From contig CAJJPX010000003.1 of assembly GCA_905193755.1 (NCBI GenBank), positions 14,925-78,924 of the forward strand: a stretch of DNA of 64,000 nt, written 5' to 3'. Of the stretch, positions 57,445-64,000 are shown piece after piece; position 1 is the stretch's first letter; the number at the start of each line of letters is the position of its first letter. The position numbers and the translations under genes were made by a program. This DNA comes from an uncultured Clostridium sp. Lineage in GTDB: Bacteria; Bacillota_I; Bacilli_A; RF39; UBA660. Below the pieces are notes generated by a model. That model ran no database searches and was not told the origin of the DNA. It was given only the letters and a program-made list of their open reading frames with translations.

Positions 57445-58329
57445 TTATTTATTTATAAAATCAATAAATTCTTTATTTCTTATACTTTCTATTTCCATTT
57501 TATATGGTGCGTATGCATCATTAGTGTTTCTATTGATATAAGGTGTTTCTAAAATCATAGGAATTCCTTCTAATCTAGAACTATATACTACGTTTATTAA
57601 GTTATCAAATCCTATAGTTCCATAACCTATATTAGCATGTCTGTCTTTATGACTAGATATTGGGTTCATACTGTCATTTATATGAACACATTTTATCTTG
57701 TCTATACCTATTTTAGAATCAAACTCATCTAGAAACTCATTAAATTTAGATATGTCTATGCCTGAGTCATTCATGTGACAAGTATCTATACATACACCTA
57801 TTCTATCTTTATCGTCTATTTTGTCTATTATACTTTTAAGTTCATCAATTGAAGTGCCTACTTCGTTTCCTTTACCTGACATATATTCTAGAAGAATCAT
57901 TGTATCAGTGGTGTTTTTATAAACTAAGTTTATTCCATGAGCTATATTATTTATTGCTTCTTCTTTAGTACATGTAGTTGCGCTTCCTGGATGAAGTACT
58001 ATTTTATCTAATCCTAAAGTTTTACATCTATCTAATTCTTGTGATAAGAAATTTATATAAAAATCATATTTATTTTGATCACTTCTGTTCGCTAAATTTA
58101 CTATATATGGTGCATGAACTATTACATTTTTGGCATTTATATTATGTTCTAACATTAGTTTATATGCTTCGTAAGTTAATTCATCATTTATAGGACTTCT
58201 CATAGTACTTTGAGCTCCTCCTGTATAAATCATGAATGTGTTAGCATCATAGCTTATTGCTTCTTCCACACTACCTAATAGTTGTTTTTTATTATTAAAG
58301 CTCACGTGGCTTCCTATTATTAAATTCAT
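57445..58329 (-). CDS. nfo: Endonuclease IV (deoxyribonuclease IV)
   Basis: GSHVS, HAPYIVNL, LHPGS, CIDTCH, HINDS and ILETP metal-site motifs. ATG 58329 follows AGGTGA. Confidence 0.9.
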   Translation of the reverse strand: MNLIIGSHVSFNNKKQLLGSVEEAISYDANTFMIYTGGAQSTMRSPINDELTYEAYKLMLEHNINAKNVIVHAPYIVNLANRSDQNKYDFYINFLSQELDRCKTLGLDKIVLHPGSATTCTKEEAINNIAHGINLVYKNTTDTMILLEYMSGKGNEVGTSIDELKSIIDKIDDKDRIGVCIDTCHMNDSGIDISKFNEFLDEFDSKIGIDKIKCVHINDSMNPISSHKDRHANIGYGTIGFDNLINVVYSSRLEGIPMILETPYINRNTNDAYAPYKMEIESIRNKEFIDFINK

Positions 58330-58406
58330 TATTATCACCTAGTTAATTATATATTATTTTTTACAAAATAAAAAGACTTAAATTTAAGTCTTAATTATTT
58401 AATTAT

Positions 58407-58925
58407 TTAATTTCCAGCTTCAGCTGCACCTTTTACATTGCCGGTTAATGTAGCAGTTGTGTTTCCATTAGTTGTTGATATTGTTACTGTGAATGTAGTA
58501 TCAGCTTCTTTTACTGCATACTTAGTTCCATTTGTTCCATCTTTATCTTCAACGCCAATATCTTCAATTAAGATTTTTTCATCTGCAATGTCAATACCAT
58601 AAGTACCATTAGTAGCAACAAATCTTGTACAATCACCATTAGCATTAAATATCATGTAGTATTTTGTTTTCTTATTACCACTCATTTCTAATTTAACAGC
58701 ACTTGCTGGTGCATTATCAGCGTTTGAGAAGATGATTTGACTACCAGCATTAAGCATATATTTTTGCTCTGCTGCTTTGTAATGATCTTTTACTTCTGTA
58801 GTAAATGCATTTTTTCTAGCTTCATTGTACATTGAAAGTACGTTTGGTAATGCTATAATTACTAAGATGGCTAAGATAGCGATAACTGCTAATAATTCAA
58901 CTAAAGTAAATCCTTTCTTCTTCAT
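58407..58925 (-). CDS. Type IV pilin / pseudopilin-like protein (prepilin N-terminal cleavage-methylation motif)
   Basis: MKKKGFTLVELLAVIAILAILVIIALP. Own promoter TTGACA-18-TATAAT at about 58975-59005. Confidence 0.8.
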   Translation of the reverse strand: MKKKGFTLVELLAVIAILAILVIIALPNVLSMYNEARKNAFTTEVKDHYKAAEQKYMLNAGSQIIFSNADNAPASAVKLEMSGNKKTKYYMIFNANGDCTRFVATNGTYGIDIADEKILIEDIGVEDKDGTNGTKYAVKEADTTFTVTISTTNGNTTATLTGNVKGAAEAGN

Positions 58926-59041
58926 TTTTCTAAATCACAATCCTTTCTATATTTGAGATATCCTCTCTATCTTTATGTTCTAATTATAGCATTAATTAAA
59001 AATACATGTCAATCTCTTATTACAAAAATTATACACATTTA

Positions 59042-59263
59042 TTATTTAGATGCATCTAATATTTTTGTTACTAAATCTACGCTTGTTACAAAGTTATCTA
59101 TTTTATCAATAGTTCTTAGTTTATACTTTTCTTTCATTGCTTTTACAAATTCATTATATTTTTCAGGTTCTCTATTAAGAGTTTTATACCATGAAGAGTT
59201 TTGTCTTAAGAATTTTAAATATTTTGGATCTTTTTTTAGTTTATCAAGAACTTCTTTATTCAT
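59042..59263 (-). CDS. YlbE-like small protein
   Basis: KDPKYLKFLRQNSSWYKTLNREPEKY resembles B. subtilis YlbE. ATG 59263 follows GGAGAT. Confidence 0.6.
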   Translation of the reverse strand: MNKEVLDKLKKDPKYLKFLRQNSSWYKTLNREPEKYNEFVKAMKEKYKLRTIDKIDNFVTSVDLVTKILDASK

Positions 59264-59609
59264 TTTTATCTCCATATAAAGTATCTATTTTTGATTCTTT
59301 AGGGGTAGCCTTTTCTTCTTTTTTAGTTTCTCTTGTTAGTTCTTCTACTAATGATACTGCCTTTTGAATTGAATTTATATTTTCTTCTAGAGATGTTACA
59401 TCTATACTTTTAATAGTATTTAATAGTCCTTTGATACTGAAACTATCTTTTGATGATGACTTTATATATTTACTCCATATTTCTTCATTTTCTCCATATA
59501 TATCATATAGTTCATATAGTTTTTGCCATGTTGTTTCATTATTTCTTACTACATCTATAAAGTCTGGATGATTACCTATAAATTTCTTAAAATTATCTAA
59601 TTTTGTCAT
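59256..59609 (-). CDS. YlbD-like protein
   Basis: FKKFIGNHPDFIDVVRNNETTWQKLYELYDIYGENEEIW resembles YlbD. Confidence 0.6.
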   Translation of the reverse strand: MTKLDNFKKFIGNHPDFIDVVRNNETTWQKLYELYDIYGENEEIWSKYIKSSSKDSFSIKGLLNTIKSIDVTSLEENINSIQKAVSLVEELTRETKKEEKATPKESKIDTLYGDKNE

Positions 59610-59645
59610 ATTAAATTATATTAAAAAAAGATATACTTATGTATA

Positions 59646-60320
59646 TCAATTCTTTATCTCAAAGTAGTTTCCACTATCTAAATATAGTATTCCTTTTTTA
59701 TTATCTAGTTTAGAAACTATTTCTACATATTTATTTAATAAATTAGTTCTAAGTACTGTTATATATACTTCGTTACCATCATTCATATAAAGTAAGAATC
59801 TTTCGTTATCATATGAAGTCTTACTATATTCTATCTCACTTATCATGTCTATTATATTTATATCTATTTCTTTAAATCTTTCTATAAATCTTTTTTCGAC
59901 TTCTTCTGGTACATAATTTATAAGTGTTGGTACCCCAGTTATATTTTTAAGATCATAGTTATTTCCATCTGATGCTTTGTATTCGTTAGTACTTCTAACA
60001 AAGTATAATATTTTCTTTTCATAAACAGTTATTCTGAGTTTGAAACCAAACTCTTTTTTTATTTCAATTTTTTCTATTAAATCTAATTTTTCTAATTTGT
60101 TTTTTATTTTCTTTTTACTTAGTGTTATAAATTTAGGGTAATTTTCTATTCCAGCGGTTTCTATTATTTCTTCATCACTATAATAATTATTATTTATAAT
60201 TAGAATGTTTTTTGTATTTATACTTAGTAAGTATTTTATTCCAAAGTAAATAAGACATATCGTTAGTATGAATAATATAAATCTACCAAAATTAAATTTT
60301 CTTTTTACCCTTTTCTTCAT
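59646..60320 (-). CDS. divIB: Cell division protein DivIB/FtsQ
   Basis: Basic N-terminus, a single TM, a POTRA-like region (IIINNNYYSDEEIIE) and a position directly after murG. Confidence 0.75.
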   Translation of the reverse strand: MKKRVKRKFNFGRFILFILTICLIYFGIKYLLSINTKNILIINNNYYSDEEIIETAGIENYPKFITLSKKKIKNKLEKLDLIEKIEIKKEFGFKLRITVYEKKILYFVRSTNEYKASDGNNYDLKNITGVPTLINYVPEEVEKRFIERFKEIDINIIDMISEIEYSKTSYDNERFLLYMNDGNEVYITVLRTNLLNKYVEIVSKLDNKKGILYLDSGNYFEIKN

Positions 60321-61398
60321 CTTTTTCCTTTAATTCTTTATATATTTCTTTCATTATTAATGTACTTGATGACATATCTTTTATTTCGCTTAAGTTTTTC
60401 TTTATTTCTTTGAATGTACTTTCTTCGAATATTTCTGTTATTGCTTCAATAAGAGTTTCTTTGTTTAGGTCTTTTTCTTCTATTAATATGCTTATTTTTT
60501 TATCTACTAAATCTAATGCATTATAGTATTGATGATTGTTTGCTACATAAGGACTAGGTATTAGTATTGATGGTGTTTTAGTTGCCATTATTTCAGCTAT
60601 TGTAGAAGCTCCAGCTCTTGATATAATTAAGTCTGCTGATTTCATTAGACTTGGAAGGTTATCAAAGAATGGAACTATTTTAGTACTTTTTGGTACTATT
60701 AAGTTATTGCTTAAATCTGGATAACTCTTTTTACCAGTGATAAATAATATTTCAGTATCTTCTCTTTCATAAGTTCTTAAGAAGTCTAATAGTTTTTCAT
60801 TTACTGATGTACTTCCAAGAGAACCCATAACTATTATTATAAGTTTTTTATCTTTAGTAAATCCTAAGTCTGTTTTATCATATTTTTTAGTTTCTATTGC
60901 TCTTTGACTCACTGGATTTCCTGTATAAATTATATTTTTACATTTTAGTTTTCTTTTACCATCTTTAAATGATACAAATACTGCATCTACTTTTTTAGAT
61001 AAATATATATTTGTTTTACCAGGTAACATATTTTGTTCATGTAAGAATACTTTAATTCCTCTTTTTTTAGCAGCTAAACATACTGGAAGAGTCACATAAC
61101 CTCCGAATGCTATTACTGCATCTGGCTTAAATTCGTCCATTATTTTTAAGCATTTCTTATATGAATTTTTTATGCATTTTATATTTTTAATATTTTTTAT
61201 CATATTTGTTTTTGAAAGTCCATAGATTTCTATACTTTCATAAGGTATTCCAAGACTTGGTATTAATTCATTTTCCATTCTGTCTTTAGTACCTATGTAC
61301 AAATATTCATTTTTCTTATCTTTCTTTATTTCTTCTAATACTGATAATGCAGGATATATGTGTCCTCCTGTTCCACCAGCTGTTAAAATAAATTTCAT
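60292..61398 (-). CDS. murG: UDP-N-acetylglucosamine--N-acetylmuramyl-(pentapeptide) pyrophosphoryl-undecaprenol GlcNAc transferase
   Basis: GGTGGHIYPALSV N-terminal G-loop, ...HEQN... and RAGASTIAE motifs. Confidence 0.92.
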   Translation of the reverse strand: MKFILTAGGTGGHIYPALSVLEEIKKDKKNEYLYIGTKDRMENELIPSLGIPYESIEIYGLSKTNMIKNIKNIKCIKNSYKKCLKIMDEFKPDAVIAFGGYVTLPVCLAAKKRGIKVFLHEQNMLPGKTNIYLSKKVDAVFVSFKDGKRKLKCKNIIYTGNPVSQRAIETKKYDKTDLGFTKDKKLIIIVMGSLGSTSVNEKLLDFLRTYEREDTEILFITGKKSYPDLSNNLIVPKSTKIVPFFDNLPSLMKSADLIISRAGASTIAEIMATKTPSILIPSPYVANNHQYYNALDLVDKKISILIEEKDLNKETLIEAITEIFEESTFKEIKKNLSEIKDMSSSTLIMKEIYKELKEKDEEKGKKKI

Positions 61399-61432
61399 AA
61401 GTTACACCTCACAATTTATATATTATATACTA

Positions 61433-62287
61433 TTATTCACTTTTTTGCATTAATTTAATCATTGTTTTTCTAAGTAGAGCATTTGCTTCTTCTAATTCCA
61501 TACCACTTATATCTAATGGTTTACCTATTCTAGTGATAAGTTGATCTTTTTCTTTATTATAAAGTCCAACTGTTGCGAATGGTATAATTAGAGCATTTTC
61601 CTTTTTAGCTAGAGATACTGCTCCGAATTTAAATGGAAGAAGTAATGATTCTTCATATTCATTTTTAGTTATTACTTTCTTTTTAAGTAGTTTCAATAAT
61701 GCATTATCTGCATCAAGTACGAACTTTTTAAGTTCATCTTTTGTGATTTTGTTTTGGTTTTTAAGTTCTATTAAAAGATTTACTTGTGTTGTTCTTATTG
61801 ATTTATCTTTTATTTTTTCTATTATTTCTTCTTTAGATATATTTAATATCTTTTCTAGTTTTTCTAGTTCAGCATCTTTGCAAGTTACTTCGTTTCTTGT
61901 TCCTTCTGGGAATAGTCCTATGCAACCTTTACTATGAAGTATTGCTCTTGCCTCGCTTTTAGCATTTTCATCATGTATTGTTCTATCTACTGGTATGCAT
62001 CCAGCTGCTCTATAGAACCATGCTTTCTTACCTTTAAAGTATTCATCTTTTGAAAGCATATGAATTACTCTGTTAGTTGCTAACATCACATTATATTGAT
62101 CATCTTTATGTCTATGATTTCCACAAAAAACAAGTGCTCCAGTTTTAGGAATATTTTCGCTTCCTATTACTACTGGATGATATGTTCTTTTAAAGTGGCT
62201 AGCCACGATTGGTTTCATTAATTTATAACCTAATTCGTGTCTACATTCATCTGTTGCTTTGACTTCTTTCATCTTCATCATCCTCAT
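61433..62287 (-). CDS. PlsC-family lysophospholipid acyltransferase with an ~80-aa helical insertion (start uncertain)
   Basis: NHRHKDD (NHx4D), FPEGTR and LPFKFGAVSLA motifs. Overlaps the upstream ligase gene by 41 nt if the track start is used. Confidence 0.75.
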   Translation of the reverse strand: MRMMKMKEVKATDECRHELGYKLMKPIVASHFKRTYHPVVIGSENIPKTGALVFCGNHRHKDDQYNVMLATNRVIHMLSKDEYFKGKKAWFYRAAGCIPVDRTIHDENAKSEARAILHSKGCIGLFPEGTRNEVTCKDAELEKLEKILNISKEEIIEKIKDKSIRTTQVNLLIELKNQNKITKDELKKFVLDADNALLKLLKKKVITKNEYEESLLLPFKFGAVSLAKKENALIIPFATVGLYNKEKDQLITRIGKPLDISGMELEEANALLRKTMIKLMQKSE

Positions 62288-64000
62288 CTTTACTGTTTAT
62301 TAGTTCTCTATATGCTACTTTACCTAGTTTTGTTTTTGGTAGTTCTTTTCTATAACCATATGCATATGGAAGGGCATACTTAGCAATATTCTTTTCGCAG
62401 TGTTCTTTTATTGATTTTTTAACTTCACTATTTAATTCTATTCCTTTTTTTAACACAATATATGCTTTTGCAACTTCTTTTTTGTATGGATGTGGTACTC
62501 CTACTACTGAGCATGCTTGTACGTATGGATGTTCACATATAATTTGTTCGATTTGTCCTGGATAAATATTATATCCACTTGATACTATCATTCTTTTTAG
62601 TCTTGATTTAAAGTATACAAATCCATTTTCATCCATTGTACCAAGATCTCCACTATGTAACCAAGTAAGTCCATCTTTATGTTTTTTTAGTGTATTTTTA
62701 GTTTCTTCAGGCTCATTTATATATTCTTTCATAAGAGTTGGACCACTTATACATATTTCTCCAACTTCTCCATTTTTGCATTCTTTGTCTGTTCCTGGTT
62801 CACATATTTTAATCAAGCAGTCTGGACATGGAACTCCGATACTTTCTTTTCTAGTTACTTCAAGTGGCATCATTGTTACTCCAGCTGCACATTCTGTCAT
62901 ACCAAATGCTGTTCTTACGTGTGTTTCACTTCCATGATCATATAAGAATTCATCTATTTTTTCATTAAGTGTTCCAGTTAATGAATCTCCTCCACAAATA
63001 ATACATTTTATGAATGAAAGGTCTTCATCTACTAGTTTCTTACTTAATGTAAGTCCTTCTAGTACACTTGGTACACAAGCTAAGATATTTGGTTTATATT
63101 TAAGAAGTGTTTCATCAAATTTTTTAGGATTTACACTTGGAAGTACTATTGCTGTACCACCTGATACCATACATGCATGGAATGTACATCCTAAACCAAA
63201 TCCATGGAATATAGGCATTATAGCAAGTATACTAATACCATCACCTAAACATTTATTTATCTCTAGTTCACTAAGTACTAGTGCGTTAAAGTTTTTATTA
63301 GTAAGTACTATTCCTTTGGGTTTACCAGTAGTTCCTCCACTATGAAGAATAACTGCTACATCTTCACCTTTTCCTGTATCTTTTACTTCTTCTTTTTCAT
63401 ATTTACTTCTTCCAATGAATCTATAATATGGAATTGTATCACTTCCACTAGGTTTTACTGCTTTTCTACCAGTAGTAAGTTTATATCCTATTTTCATCAT
63501 TGTATCCATAGATTCACATATAGGAAGATATACTATCTTTTTAAGTTTTAAGTCATCTTTTATATTTTTTAATTTACCATATGCGATATCTGCTACTATA
63601 ACATAAGTAGAAGCAGTAAGATTGATATCATATTTTATTTCTTCTTCACTTGAAAGTGGATGAATCATATTACATACAGCACCTAACTTATTTAATGCAT
63701 AAAAACAAGTAATAGCTTCTGGAGTGTTTGGCATTATAATACTTACGACATCTCCTTTTACTACTCCTAGTCTTACGAATGCTTTCGCAGTTTCATCTAT
63801 ATTTTTAATATAACTTTTATAAGTTACTTTGTTGCCAAAATAAGTATATGCGATATTTCCTGGATATTTATCAGCGCATCTTCTTACTAATTCATACATT
63901 GAAACATCTGGGTAATCAATGTGTTCTCTTACACCTTTATAGTATTTGAACCAAGGATGTTCATACTTTTTATTTTCTTTTACTTCTTTTGTTTCTTTTT
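62247..64000 (-). CDS. AMP-dependent synthetase/ligase (long-chain fatty-acid--CoA ligase-like); 5' end beyond window
   Basis: ILHSGGTTGKPKGIVLT AMP-binding motif. The frame stays open upstream of the track Met (63899): ...KETKEVKENKKYEHPWFKYYKGVREHIDYPDVS, with no stop up to position 63998. The real start is therefore outside the window. Confidence 0.88.
   Translation of the reverse strand, partial: KETKEVKENKKYEHPWFKYYKGVREHIDYPDVSMYELVRRCADKYPGNIAYTYFGNKVTYKSYIKNIDETAKAFVRLGVVKGDVVSIIMPNTPEAITCFYALNKLGAVCNMIHPLSSEEEIKYDINLTASTYVIVADIAYGKLKNIKDDLKLKKIVYLPICESMDTMMKIGYKLTTGRKAVKPSGSDTIPYYRFIGRSKYEKEEVKDTGKGEDVAVILHSGGTTGKPKGIVLTNKNFNALVLSELEINKCLGDGISILAIMPIFHGFGLGCTFHACMVSGGTAIVLPSVNPKKFDETLLKYKPNILACVPSVLEGLTLSKKLVDEDLSFIKCIICGGDSLTGTLNEKIDEFLYDHGSETHVRTAFGMTECAAGVTMMPLEVTRKESIGVPCPDCLIKICEPGTDKECKNGEVGEICISGPTLMKEYINEPEETKNTLKKHKDGLTWLHSGDLGTMDENGFVYFKSRLKRMIVSSGYNIYPGQIEQIICEHPYVQACSVVGVPHPYKKEVAKAYIVLKKGIELNSEVKKSIKEHCEKNIAKYALPYAYGYRKELPKTKLGKVAYRELINSKDEDDEDERSQSNR

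Overview
Very AT-rich (by eye about three quarters A+T) chromosomal segment from a low-GC, PolC-containing, cell-walled Bacillota-type bacterium. The standard genetic code fits. murG and divIB are present. The DUF285/BspA-type surface protein and the tmRNA tag ending in AFA hint at an Erysipelotrichia/Mollicutes-related lineage (inference). Most genes are housekeeping and lie on the minus strand: lepA, ppa, rpmF, tmcAL, polA, polC, lysS, aspS, gpmA, tag, tyrS, dut, efp, rpmG, nfo, divIB and murG. RNA genes are tRNA-Thr(CGU), tRNA-Gln(CUG) and tmRNA. Two T-box leaders carry a GAC specifier (before aspS-lysS) and a UAC specifier (before dut-tyrS). Five things stand out. (1) Five consecutive sigma-70-family ORFs at 1488-6314: two tandem full-length RpoD-like paralogs with a shared non-canonical N-terminal domain, a decayed or split small paralog, and a 539-aa sigma-like protein fused to a ~300-aa K/E/R-rich coiled-coil tail. 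(2) A Type III restriction-modification operon between the MBL gene next to polA and polC. It has two tandem complete mod genes with different central (TRD) regions, plus a 258-bp block that is nearly identical between them. (3) A 592-aa orphan gene whose promoter and operator closely match those of the small sigma-like operon. (4) A gene-decay, island-like stretch next to the tRNA/tmRNA cluster, containing a Y-family polymerase/YolD cassette. (5) An ATGGCACT direct-repeat array. No CRISPR array, rRNA, transposase or integrase was seen. All function calls come from motif recognition by eye, since no database search was possible.
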